Positions 1-12,833 of a stretch of DNA of 64,000 nt are shown piece after piece. The translations under genes and the position numbers were made by a program. The notes under the pieces are model-generated. The model was not told where the DNA came from. It did no database searches and worked only from the letters and a program-made list of their open reading frames with translations. Numbering within the stretch: position 1 is the first letter of the stretch; every line of letters starts with the position of its first letter. Location: the NCBI GenBank assembly GCA_002104945.1, contig MCFH01000050.1, positions 310,001 to 374,000 on the forward strand, given 5' to 3'. The stretch is from Piromyces finnis finn. Lineage: Eukaryota; Fungi; Neocallimastigomycota.

Positions 1-147
1 AGTAACTAAAGAACGAATTGAAATGGTTTTAGTTTTTAAGCTATCTTCGAGATCTAATTTTTCAATATTTATTTTTTCTTGAACAGTTTCAGCGGTAACA
101 GTTTCTGGTTTAGTTTCCTTTGGAGCTTCAGTGGTTTCTGGAGTCAT
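1..147 (-). CDS. 5' part of a protein-coding gene running off the window start; product unknown
   Basis: Open frame from ATG at 147-145 to the window edge: MTPETTEAPKETKPETVTAETVQEKINIEKLDLEDSLKTKTISIRSLVT. GC is coding-like against AT-rich flanks. A TAG acceptor-like site lies 5 nt upstream of the ATG (154-153), so an upstream exon may exist. Confidence 0.6.
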   Translation of the reverse strand, partial: MTPETTEAPKETKPETVTAETVQEKINIEKLDLEDSLKTKTISIRSLVT

Positions 148-2822
148 TTTAACTATAGATAACATAATTAAATTAAATAAAAAATTAAAAAATATACCAT
201 AAAATTTTGATATTTATTTATTTATTTTAAATATATTTTAATAAAAAAAATTTTTTTTATCTATTATTATACATTGTTACAAAAACTTATTTTTATTTTT
301 TTTTTTTTTTTTTTGGTATGTTTTAAATATTACTTTATTCATCATAGGTCTTTTTTTTTAAATTCTTTTATTCTATAAATTTCATTATCTATCATAACTT
401 TATAATATTATTATTTTTCTAATCCTGATATTAAATGATGTTTTTTTATTATTTAAATTTTATTTACTATTATAATTAAAAGAAATGTCTTTATTTTTAA
501 TCTTATATTACTTTAAAGCTTACTCGCTTATTATTTACTATTTTTTTTTTATCTATTTTATTAATTAATAAAAAGTAAATTGTTATAGAGTTTGTATTAT
601 TTATTAATATTTATTTTTTATAATGTTTATTTAATTATTATTATTATTTTTTTTTGTTTTTGTTTTTGTTTTAATATCATAAGATAATTTTTTTTTTTTA
701 CTTTTTTTTCTCTTTTTTCTTTTCATCTTCTCTTTTTTTAATACAAAAAATTATAAACACATTTGTTTTTTATTTATTTCTTTATTTATTTATTTGTATA
801 ATATTTCTCTTTCCATCTGATGATTTAATAATAATAACAGGAAGAAAAAAAAGTCGGTAATATAATCTTTACCTTTTTATACTTAATATATGTAAAAATA
901 AATTTGTAAAAAATGGTAATTTTAATTATTTGTTATATATTTATGATATGGATGTAAAAAGTGAAGTTATGGATAAACAATGGATATATTAAATCTCTAA
1001 AATGTTAATCCGTCTCTAAACTAATTGTTTTTTTTTTAAAGTTAGAAAGAAAAGAAAATAAATATTTATAATAGTTTTTTTTAATATATTTAAAATTATA
1101 AAATATAATGATTTGTATTAATATTTATATTACTTTAATATTAAATAATATTAAAATCTTTTTTTTAAGTTTTTTAATTATATTTAATAGGTAATATTAA
1201 TAATAAAAAAGAAAATATTTAATATTAATATTAATAATACTATAATTATTATAATTATTATTTAATAATTAACATTCCATTTATGTAGCAACAACAAATT
1301 ATTAATTCTTAAATTTAAAGATACAATAAAATATTATACAATAACATAATATAATACAATCTATTACAATATATATTACTTATTAAAATATATAATTGTA
1401 TAAAAAATAATTTAATAATTTATTTTTTAATACTAAAATTATGATTTATTAAAATTTATAATATATTACATTATAGCTTAATATATTTATAATATCATTT
1501 ATTTATTTTAAATAAATTAATCATCATCAAAAAAGGATAGGTTGTATCATGTACATTTGTAAACAGTAAAAAAGAAAAATAATGTAAAGTATTGTAAAGA
1601 AGAATGAAATTAAAAAGGTAAAATAGGATTATAAATAATATTTTATAATAGAATTTGACATTGGACTATGTTAAAATTTAATTTTTATCTGTAATTCCAT
1701 ACTTTATTATAAATACAATTATTTATATAATTTCACAAGGTATTAATTGATCATCTTTTTTTCTCATCCCAGTTTTAAATTATTATGTTTTAAATGTGGT
1801 TTAAATTATAAAATATTAAATTATTAATTAATATTTATATATGATTTAACTGATTATTACATATATTGGAATATACGGTTAAAAGTTTTAATTTATTATT
1901 TTTAATTAAAATTAATATTTAATGTATTCTACATCAAAAATTTAATATTATATTAAAAAAAATTTATTAAAATTTAATTAATGTAAATGATTTCCTTTTT
2001 TATAATTAAATGTATATTTTTATATTATTATTAATTACTACTTATTAGATGTCAAAATAAAAATAAAAACATTTTGTAATTATAAACTGTAAAGAAAGTG
2101 TTTTCTTATTATTAAAAAAAAAAAACGAATAATGAATAAAAAAATAATTATAATATAATTTATACTTTTAGACTATACCATGAATATAATTAAATAATTT
2201 ATGTAAAACATTTTTAATGTAATTTATAACATTTAAGAAATAACGTAGCTTATAATACATAAATGTATTGAACTTTAATTATTTGATGGATAAATAACAT
2301 AGAATCTAAATGTATCTATAACATAAAAAACTACTCTTCTTTGTAGAAATAATGATTTTTATAAAATAAAACATATTTAAATAATCATGAGATTATTAGT
2401 TCAATAATGACTATAAAACTATTATTTTAAATTTGATAAAAGAAAATACTAACAATTAAAATGGCTTTTACTGACTACCTATTCAACCAACAATTATAAT
2501 AGACATAAAATCTATTGTACATATTAAATAGTTATATAAAATTTTGATAATAAACTATGAATTTTATAATTTTTATTATTTGTTCAGAATGTGACGATGC
2601 TCGATTACTTAAATAAGATTTATATTACAATATATTTATAATAATATATCTGTTTTCATTATCAATTTACTTTTTTAATGTATATTTTTTGTAAAGAAGC
2701 ATATTGTATATTTTTTTAATAATTATTATTCAATTTTAATGATAAATTTTTACTTTTAGGTTAATTTAATAGTAACTATTATTAAAAAAAATTATTATTT
2801 TAATACAGTAAAAGGAAAAAAA

Positions 2823-3932
2823 TTAAAAATCTTGATTCTGAATGAAATTAATAAATCTGGATTCTGAAGAGTCTAAATAAGCCTTATATTTTTTTTGCTT
2901 TTCTATATCATCACCAATATTCTCCTTTTCAGAAACTGAAGCAATATTACAAAGTGAAAGTAAAAGACAATTATTCCATTGTTGTTCAAATTCATCTCTT
3001 GAGAAATCTTTTACACCATATTTAACTAATTCTTCGTAGTAAAAGTTTTTAATTTTTAAAATTTCATCCTTGGTGGTTTTACTACTTAACCAAATACCTA
3101 ATAAAAGGACAATATCCTTAATACCATAACCAATAGAAGAATATTGCCAATCAACCATAATAATTTCATTATTAGTATTGTCAATGAAAACATTAGTTGG
3201 TTGAGGGTCACCATGAACTAAAGTACAATTTTTTAAATCAGATGGGAAATTTCTTTCATATATTTGTTTAATATCTATTCCTTTAATCGTTTCAATTGTT
3301 TTTTCGTTTAAACGATGTTGGTTTCTTTCAATAAAATTAAATTTTCTTTCTTCAAACATTTGAATTGTTAAATCTTTTAAATAGATAGCAAAATTTGGTT
3401 CTTTCATCCATTCAATGGTTTCAAAAAGTGAATTTTCTTTATAATTCCAAAATTTACTTTGTAAAAGAGAAAAGTATTTAACAATGGAAATAGCCATTTC
3501 ATAATCAATTTCATTATCTTGATTTGCAACTGTTAGATTTTTTAATGATAAATCTTCCATTACAATTATAAATTTATTTTTAGTATCAGCAACAGAAGAA
3601 TAATAAACCTTTGGGGTTTTTAATTCTGGTAATTTTTCGAGTTGTTTATAAAATTGAACTTCTTTATAATAACCTTGTATATTTTGAAGTAATGCATTGA
3701 TACCTGAATTTTTAGTAGCTAATTTAATAATAAGTGATTTTGGAAGATTATAATTATCATTTTTATAAGTTGGAATTATTCTAAAAACTTCACTTTTAAA
3801 ACTTGGTGGGATATTTTCACCATCTTTTATTGAAATAATTTTATTATTATTATTAAGAATGCTATCCTTTAAAATTTGATTTAAATATTCAACTGTAATT
3901 TCATCTTTACTTTCTGGTATTGGAATAGCCAT
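2823..3932 (-). CDS. Intronless ecdysteroid-kinase-like / aminoglycoside-phosphotransferase-family small-molecule kinase (369 aa)
   Basis: Brenner-type catalytic motif HGDPQPTN, metal-binding VDWQY, N-lobe lysine (SLIIKLA), helix-C Glu (YYKEVQFY) and FIIVMEDLS. This pattern is typical of EcKL/APH/choline-kinase-fold enzymes. Confidence 0.85.
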   Translation of the reverse strand: MAIPIPESKDEITVEYLNQILKDSILNNNNKIISIKDGENIPPSFKSEVFRIIPTYKNDNYNLPKSLIIKLATKNSGINALLQNIQGYYKEVQFYKQLEKLPELKTPKVYYSSVADTKNKFIIVMEDLSLKNLTVANQDNEIDYEMAISIVKYFSLLQSKFWNYKENSLFETIEWMKEPNFAIYLKDLTIQMFEERKFNFIERNQHRLNEKTIETIKGIDIKQIYERNFPSDLKNCTLVHGDPQPTNVFIDNTNNEIIMVDWQYSSIGYGIKDIVLLLGIWLSSKTTKDEILKIKNFYYEELVKYGVKDFSRDEFEQQWNNCLLLSLCNIASVSEKENIGDDIEKQKKYKAYLDSSESRFINFIQNQDF

Positions 3933-3983
3933 TTTTTTCCACTATAAAAAATAAAAAAGATAATAGCTAATAGTAATAATAAT

Positions 3984-4015
<32 letters not shown>

Positions 4016-4152
4016 CCTATAAACCAATTACTTTTAATAAAAATTTTTAATAATAATAACCAATTATTAAATAAACTTTAATTATTATATTAAAATCTTT
4101 ATTTTTAAAAATTTATCTTTATAAAAAAAACAATATATAAATACAAATAATA

Positions 4153-5967
4153 ATGGACGCCGAAACTATATATATTACATTAAAAAAAATAATAACAACT
4201 GAAAATTTGTAATTACTACAATTTTCTATATAGTAAAAAATAAAATGTTTAAGTCTCTCATTTTTTATCTTTTATCTCATGTGTGTATTCCCTATTAATA
4301 TATATATTTTTTTTTATATTTCAATTGAAATGTTCATAAATATTTTGAATATTTATTATTATTATTAAATATAAAGAATCGAAGAATCTTTTGTACCAAA
4401 AGAAGGGGATGGTACATATAAACCATTTGTATTTATAGAAAATTGTTTAGGAATTCCATTTCCTATAGTACCTAAAATTTTAGAATTTTTAAAAAAGAAA
4501 TTTGTAGAATTAAGAAAGAAAAAAGTAAGTATATTCCAAATGGAATATTAAGTTGGGAGAAGTAATTTGTTAGAAATTTTAATAAATTTACATTTCTTTT
4601 ATTTATATTCTTTTCAAAGAACTATGAAGAAATAGATTATTGTACGCAATGTATATTATTAATAAATGGTGAATATATAACAGCATGGAATGAAAGGTAT
4701 TAATTAATTTAAATATAATCCATACATACATGTATTATCAATTTACTTTCATAAATATTTTTTCTTCTTTTTTTTAAAAAAAAAATATTCATTGATATTT
4801 TCAGAAAAAAATTAATAAAATTAGGATATATAAAACCAGAATATGATTTATCCTTAACGAAATTATGTTTAACAAAACATCCCAAAAGTTCACATCTATG
4901 GTACCATAGGTATTTATCAAATGTCAATTATGTTTATTAGAAATAATAAAAACACATTAGATAAATATATTATAAAGTATTTAAAAAAAAAGATATAATA
5001 ATATTTTAACAATAATTTTTATTTGTTTGTTATTATTTTATAATCTTTTTAAGACAATGGATTCTTAAAAATTATCCTCCATTAATAAATTACAACAACG
5101 AATTTATTATTATTGATAATGCCGTGAATAGATATTCCACAAATTACTTTTCATGGAATCATAGAATATTTCTTTTAGACTACATGGATAAAGAAAATGT
5201 ACTAATTTATTAATATATAGTTTGTTTGTTTTTTAATTACAACTTATGTTATCTAAATAAATAACCTTTTATATATATATTTTTATTTTTTATAATAATT
5301 CCAATTTACAAAAATAAGTTAATTGAAGAATTGAAAGCATTTCAGAATAAAATATATAAACATATTTCAGACCATGCTGGCTGGAATTATTTATTAATAA
5401 TTTTAAAGAAACTTGTTATATACCCTTCTTCTAATAAAAATACATATAAAAAAGAAATACAACAACTCTTGAGTGAACATATAGAATTTGTTAAAAAACA
5501 ATTGATGGATTTTCCAGGTCATGAAACTATCTGGTATTATCAAAGGCTTTTATCTGGATTTATATATCAAAATAAAGAAATATTATATGAACATTGTGAA
5601 AAAGAAATTCAATCATTTTATGATAAGGAAATCGAATTTTTAAATAAGACTTATTTAAATGAAAATAATTCAAATGCTATGATAATTGAAGAAAAATTGG
5701 CTTTACAATATAAATTATGGCTATTTATTCATGTAAGTAAATAATTTAAATTGTCATACCAAATTATTATAATTTTATCATTGTTTTATTAAAATACCAA
5801 AATACCAAAATTGAAAATATATATAGCATCATAAAAATACAGCAAAACCAAACTATTCTACCCTTAAAACCGAAATAGAAAATTATCAAATGATGTCAGA
5901 TGATAAATCAATAAATTATTTACTTGATATCATAAGTAATATTCAAAATTTCAAAATAAATGTGTGA
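4153..5967 (+). CDS. PTAR1: Protein prenyltransferase alpha-subunit repeat protein (PTAR1/Ecm9-like, GGTase-III alpha); 7 exons
   Basis: Exons 4153-4208, 4377-4524, 4620-4696, 4805-4909, 5054-5198, 5319-5732 and 5827-5967 join in frame with GT-AG ends. Motifs FVFIENCLG, CILLINGEYITAWNER, LTKHPKSSHLWYHR, NYFSWNHR, HISDHAGWNY and FPGHETIWYY match PTAR1 PPTA repeats. Confidence 0.85.
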
Positions 5968-6214
5968 TACAATATCCTTACTACTATTTAGTATCAGTTA
6001 AAAATTTCAAAATAATATTAAATATAGAAAATATATAGTAATCATTTATAATTACTATATCATTATTATCCTAATAAATGACTATAATAAAAATAAATAT
6101 CTTTCTTACACAAAATTAAAATTAAAATCAATTCAATACATATATTAATTAATAATTTTGAAAACTTTTTATTTTTCTATTTTATTAAATAATTATTTGT
6201 TTATTTGTTTATTT

Positions 6215-6257
<43 letters not shown>

Positions 6258-6506
6258 CTTGTTAGTTTCGTTTTTTATAATAAATTAGTATTTTTTTTTT
6301 TTAATATCACTACTAATTTGTTTTAAAAAAAATTTTTTTTATTTGCCTAATTATTATTTTACTTTTATATTTTTGTTTTGATTTATTTTATTTTGTTTTG
6401 TTTTTCTAATTTTTAGTTTTTACTTTTTTTTTTTTTTTTACTTGATTAATATGAATATTTTTAGTTTTCATTTCACTTTTTTTTTTGTTATTGTTGTTAT
6501 TGGTTT

Positions 6507-9060
6507 TTAATTCTTTCTATAGATTTTATCAGAAATAGTAATGATATCTTTCATCTCCTTGAAATCGTGAACACGAATAATTGAAGTATTTACAGCAATT
6601 AAAGCAGTACATACAGCAGCAGTACCCCATACACGTTCGCTTGGAACTGGTTTATTTAATGTTTTACCAATGAAAGATTTACGAGATGGACCTACAAGAG
6701 TTGGCATATTTGCTAAACGAGAATTTTCGTTTACTAAAGTTTCCATTCCTCTAACAATTTCAAAGTTTTGTTCAACATTCTTTGAAAAACCAATACCTGG
6801 ATCGAGAATAACATTCCATAAACGAACACCAAGAAGTTCAGCCTTTTCAACACGATCAGCTATAACATGTTCAATTTCGTGTAAAACACCCTTTTCATAT
6901 TCACATTCTAATTGCATAGTTTTTGGTGTTCCACGCATATGCATTAAACATACTGGAACATCAGTTTGTGCCATAACTTCAAACATTCTTGGATCACCTT
7001 CACCACCAGTAACATCATTAATTAAATCAGCACCAGCTTCAACAGATTGTAAAGCAACTTCAGCACGGAAAGTATCAACAGAAATTGGAATATCCTTACC
7101 CCATGGTTCAGCTCTAATTGCCTTAATTAATGGAATAACTCTTCTTAACTCTTCTTCTTCTGTGACACCATCATCAGAGAATGGTCGGGTAGACATACCA
7201 CCAATATCAATAATATCAACTTGATTTTCAACCATTTCCTTAGCATGAGCAAGACCAGTTTCTAATGTATTATATTTACCACCATCACTGAAACTATCTG
7301 GTGTAGCATTAAGAATACCCATTAAATAAGTCTTTTCATTCCATCTCCATAATTGTTTTCTAATTGGCATAACTCTTCTAACCTTGTTGTAAGCTTCACT
7401 TGGGTTATGCTTTAAAACCTTTAATAAAGAATTAATGGTTTGTTGTTTAGTTGGATGAATAAGATTCTTGGCAATACTAAAAAATTAAAAAATAAAGATA
7501 ATAATTAATACATAAATTATAAATTATTACAAAGAAAAAAAAATAATAACTAATTGTTATTATTATTTTTTTCTAATAGCTTACATAATATATTTATTGA
7601 TTTAATTTTTAAATTAACAAATTAATATAATAATTAAATTATAATTACTCGTTTAATGGTTCTAAAACAAATCTTCTTTCTGAAATTCTTGGATGTGGAA
7701 TGATTAAATTCTCAGTCTTTAAAATAAGTTTATCATAGAATAAAATATCTAAATCAACGGCTCTTGGACCATTGCGAATGGATGGAACACGACCAATATC
7801 CTTTTCAATTTTCTTTAAAAAGGCTAAAAGTTCAAATGGATCTAAATCAGTTAAAACCTAATTATCATATTTAAAAAACGTACCAAATTAATTAATAATT
7901 AAATTAGTAATTATGTTTATTATTTTAACTTTTATAACTAAAAATTTAAAATATAATTATTAATTTATTTATATATATATATATTTCATCTATTTTACCT
8001 TACAAGCAGCATTTAAGAAATTTGGTTGATCAACGACGTACATTGGAGAAGTTTCATAGAGGTAAGAGGTTTGAAGAACTTTACATTTTTCACCAAGAAG
8101 TTTTACAGCCTTACTAATATTCTTAGCAACTTCACCAATGTTACCACCTAAAGCAATGTAAGCAACATGAGTTGGAGCACGCTTTTCTGATTGGAAATGA
8201 CTTTGATATTTCTTATTTAACTTTGGAATAGAAGAAATATCTCTTTCAATTTCAACAGCGGAAGCACTAGCAAAAGTAATAGCATTTGGCTTTTCAACAC
8301 GAACATTAACTTTTTCAACACCAAAGGAAGTAAGACAACAGTTAGCAATTGAAGAAGCTAAAGCTTCAATAGTAATAAAACGAGTTCTTTCAACTAAGTC
8401 ATTAACTTCATCAGCTAAAATTTTACAATTAATGATATTGGAAAGATCTTCAATAGCTTTTATTTCACTATCAACCTTTGGATAATAAGAAATAGTAATA
8501 TCTAAAGCTTGTTTAACAACCTTTTCACAGTCGTTAAAACCAATAACAGTGTTTACATTTAATTTATCAATGGTATAGGTATCATCCTTTGTGAATAATT
8601 CATTAACGTTATCCTTAGTTCTGGTGATAGAACAAACAAGAGCATTTGAATGTAAGTGGGCACGTGGTAAAGCAACCTTTACATTAATTTTTTCAACAGT
8701 AAATTCACTAGTAATAGCTTGAACTAACTTAATACTATATTCATGAATGGAATTGAAAGAACCTTCTTCAGAAAATTTAATAACAGCCTTTACAATTTCA
8801 GAGTAATCAATAGTGTCTTCAAGATTATCAGTTTCACCACATTTCATAACATCGGTATAAACAACAACATCAACGATGACTGGTTGTAATTTTGGTTTAC
8901 CCCAGGTTTCAGTACCAATAGTACTTTTAACATTTAATTGTTTAATTTTAATAATGTCAGACATTTCAGATTTTTCGGATAAACCTCTCCTCTTTGATTT
9001 TAATGTTCTTTTTAGTAACTTTTTTATAATGTTTAATTTATGTTTTTGATATTTAGGCAT
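6507..9060 (-). CDS. FOL1: Trifunctional folate synthesis protein: tandem DHNA domains + HPPK + DHPS; 3 exons
   Basis: Exons 9060 (or 8964)-7999, 7857-7649 and 7476-6507 join in frame. There are two dihydroneopterin aldolase repeats (TIDYSEIV; FITIEALA), then HPPK (YIALGGNIG, YETSPMYVVDQPNFLN, NGPRAVDLDIL, IPHPRISERRFVLEPL), then DHPS (MGILNATPDSFSDGG, GGMSTRP, DPGIGFSK, GPSRKSF, IIRVHD). Confidence 0.96.
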
Positions 9061-9919
9061 AAAAAAAAATTATTTTTATTACTCTTTAATTTTTTTTTCT
9101 TTTTTATTTATTTAAAAAGTAAAGAAAAGAATTTTTTTCTCTTTTTCAACTTTATTTATATTATATTTTCTTTATAATATGATCTATATTTCATTAGGAT
9201 TAATTACTTACCAAATTATCAATCTGGACGGTTGATTGGTTAGAACAAAACATTTTCTTCAAAAAAAAATCTGGTTCTTTCCTTATTGATCCAAAATTAA
9301 AACATTATTAGTTGATTATATAAATGAATAAATAAATATAATATAAATGAATAATTAATTAATTAACTAACTAATTTAAATGAATGATATGAAAATAAAT
9401 AAATTTAAAATAAATACATTTTCAATTTTCAATCCATAAAAAGTAAAATTTTTGTAGAATGAATTTTACAGAAAATGTTATTTTCTGTTCATCTTTCCTA
9501 TATTATTAATAGAAATATAAATTTTTATATAAAAAGGCTTTTTATATTTTTATATATGATGATAGATAAATAATAAAAATAAGCGCAACTATTATTTTTT
9601 TTAATAGAATGGTAGTATGAATTATTAGATAATTTTTATTTCTGTTTATGAGAAGTTTATATAATAATTTTTTAATAACTAATAACCACATGGTAAAAAT
9701 TAATATATTAATATATTTAATACATTAATACTTTTTTTTTTTTTCATTTTATGTATTATACTTTTCCGTTCTTTTTTTTTTTTACTTTTTAATAAATACT
9801 TTTATTATTATATAATTTTTATGTTTTTATTTATAAATAATAATTTAGGTATAAAAGAATATATCTACATGAATAACTACTATTTTTTATAAATGAATTT
9901 AAAATATATATATATATAT

Positions 9920-10618
9920 TTAGAAAGTAAAGTAAATAGCCAATAAAGAAACAAATGAAAAAACAGTGAACTTTTTTAAAGTTTCAGCTCCACTTTTAGA
10001 AGCATCCTTAGAACTGTTGGTGGTGTTAGAAGAAGAAGAAGAATTAGAAGAAATATTATCAATATCTTCACACTTTTTGTTCTTATAATTTTCAAGAAGT
10101 GGAGCATATTCACTTTCAATTTTGGTATTAGTAGCCGTACCCAATTCATTAACAATATCAATAAGACTAATTAATCTAGCATTACATTCATCAATCATAC
10201 AATCTTCAATATAAACCTTCTTAGCTTCATCAACAGAAGGGCTTTTACTACCATTGGCGGCTGTTTCAATAATTAAATTAGTAAGTGGACACATTTTACC
10301 AGAGGAATCATTAACACAATACGTTAAATAACCAAGTTTCATGGTATCAATAATAGAAGCAATACCTTGGTTCTCTGCTTCAGTAATATCACAATCACTA
10401 ATGGTTTGATCAGCAGTGGAGATGAAGTTTTTACATTCATCTATAGCAAATTTTTCACAATATTCTTTAACGGAATCAGCATCCTTTAATTCTGGGGCTT
10501 TACTCATATCCAGAGAAGTTAAACATGGTGTTAACTTTTCCATTTCAGAGATGCACCCATTTTCAGCTAAAGCACTAGCAGCAGCTAAAATTAAAGTACT
10601 TAAATATAAGAATTTCAT
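9920..10618 (-). CDS. Secreted, probably GPI-anchored, Cys-rich protein of unknown function (232 aa)
   Basis: N-terminal signal peptide (MKFLYLSTLILAAASALA), 10 Cys, a Ser/Asn/Thr-rich stalk, a small-residue omega region (SKSGA) and a hydrophobic C-terminus. Single exon. Confidence 0.85.
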   Translation of the reverse strand: MKFLYLSTLILAAASALAENGCISEMEKLTPCLTSLDMSKAPELKDADSVKEYCEKFAIDECKNFISTADQTISDCDITEAENQGIASIIDTMKLGYLTYCVNDSSGKMCPLTNLIIETAANGSKSPSVDEAKKVYIEDCMIDECNARLISLIDIVNELGTATNTKIESEYAPLLENYKNKKCEDIDNISSNSSSSSNTTNSSKDASKSGAETLKKFTVFSFVSLLAIYFTF

Positions 10619-10733
10619 ATTTATACTTTTTTATGTTTTTTTTTTCTTCTAAAGAATATATCTTTTTTATAAATGATATTTTAAAATTAATATATATAGA
10701 AAAAAAAGCCTTATTTGTATTTATACTAAAGAT

Positions 10734-10823
10734 TTTATTTTAATTTTAAATTTTAATTCATGTAATTAATTTATTTCTTTTATTTTAATTTTAAATTTTA
10801 ATTCATGTAATTAATTTATTTCT
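10734..10823. repeat. Perfect 45-bp tandem duplication upstream of the GPI-protein gene
   Basis: TTTATTTTAATTTTAAATTTTAATTCATGTAATTAATTTATTTCT occurs at 10734-10778 and again at 10779-10823. Confidence 0.9.
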
Positions 10824-11553
10824 AAGATAACACAAGTTTTCATTGAAAATTTATATTAAATTATTGTTAAGTAAAAAAGATAAATATAGAATCACTATTA
10901 TTATTTAATTCACATATATATTTAATAAAACTTTCTATATAAATATTGATATATATTTAACAATAATTATTAATACACTAAACTATTTTTATTTCATATA
11001 AATAGTGTGACAAAGATGCTTACAATCTATTATAAAATTTAATACATTTTATATGAACTAAATCAAATTTTAATGAACTAACATAATTTTATTTATTATA
11101 ATTATTATGTAATATAAAATAAAGATATTTTATATTTTATATATATTTATATTATTATTGTTGTAATTGTTGTTGTCATTATTATAAATATAATAATTCA
11201 TCTATTTTATCAATTTATAACTACATTTGGTTTCTTTTTTTTTTTTTAATAATTTATAATCCTTTTTCTTTCTTTCATAATTGGATATGTAATTTTTCGA
11301 AATATAAAATAAAATGTTAATGGAACTTCGTTTAACTTTTTCCAATTATAAAGTAAAAACTATATTAATAAAAAATGAAAAAAATATATTGATTTTTGTT
11401 TATTTTTGTTGTAAAGCACTGATTTAAAGTATTAAATATATTATTATTTTAATTTTCAAAAAAATCTCCAAAAGAAAAAAATAATAAAATATAATTTAGA
11501 GTTAAATGAATAATTAAAAAAAAAATTCAATGATTTTAATATATCAACTTAAT

Positions 11554-11589
<36 letters not shown>

Positions 11590-11755
11590 AAAAAAATAAT
11601 TATTAGGTGTAAAATTGGAATTATCGGGGTTAATTAATTGATAAATTTTATTTTAACAAAAATATAAAAAAAAAAGCAAGAGAAGAAAAAAAAAATAAAC
11701 ATTAATAATACTTTTATATACTTTTATATTTAATGATATTTAATTTTTAAATAAA

Positions 11756-12799
11756 ATGGAGCCACAACAACAAAAGAAAATATCCATATCAGATAGAATA
11801 GCAAAATGTTGTATAGAACAATATGAACGATTTCAAAAAAGGTTTAAACCTTCCGAAAATCAATGGACGATACTAGCAGGAATAGTTATTGAATATATTA
11901 AGGATAAAAATAATGAGCAACAAAATACTGAATTAAAATGTGTTTGCCTAAGTACAGGAATGAAATGTATAGGAAAAAGTCATCTTTTACCAACAGGAGA
12001 AATAATTAATGATTCCCATGCAGAAGTACTAAGTCGACGAGCCTTTCAAAAGTAAGATATTAAAAAAACTAATAATAAAGTAAATTAGTTAAATAATAAT
12101 AAGTATAATTCATTTGAAAATTTGTAATTTGAAATTTGATTTGAAATCTGAAATTTGAAATTTAAAAAAATCTAATTCTTGAAATGATTAAAGCGGTGGA
12201 TAAACATTGAATATAATGATATTTATTTTAACATCTTTTTTTAAGAAAAAAAAAAACTAAGCAAATGAAAAAAAAAAATAATTAAGAAAAAGTGTTAAGG
12301 AAAGGAATAAAAAGATTGTTAACAATTATAAATTATATATACAATAAAAAGACATTTTCCAAATAAGAAATTTTACAGGGATTTAAAAAGCAACGAATTT
12401 TATATTTATATTTATTCAATCTTTTTTTATTTTTTTATTAAAATATAAAATAAATTTCATTGATTTTATAAAATTCCGTAAAATACTTTTATTGTATAGA
12501 AAAATATATATATATATATATCTTAATAACTACTATTATATATTTAATAAAAACATTATAGATATATATATTCTGAAATTGAATCTTGTATAGATAATAA
12601 AGATTCCATAGTATATTATAATAAGGAAACCAAAAAATTTAAAGTTCATGAAAATTTAAGATTTCATCTATATATAAGTCAATCACCATGTAATTTTTCT
12701 TTATGATTTTATATATATAAATATTATTATTATTTTAAATATAACATACTCTTTTATTTAAAATAAAAAAAAAAAATTAAATTCTTTTTTAACAATCAA

Positions 12800-12833
<34 letters not shown>

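Noticed and set aside
6216-6257. Long homopolymer runs (T42 here and others)
   Set aside because: They are ubiquitous in this genome type and their lengths are unreliable in assemblies.
6670-7224. 184-aa plus-strand ORF opposite DHPS
   Set aside because: Antisense shadow of FOL1.
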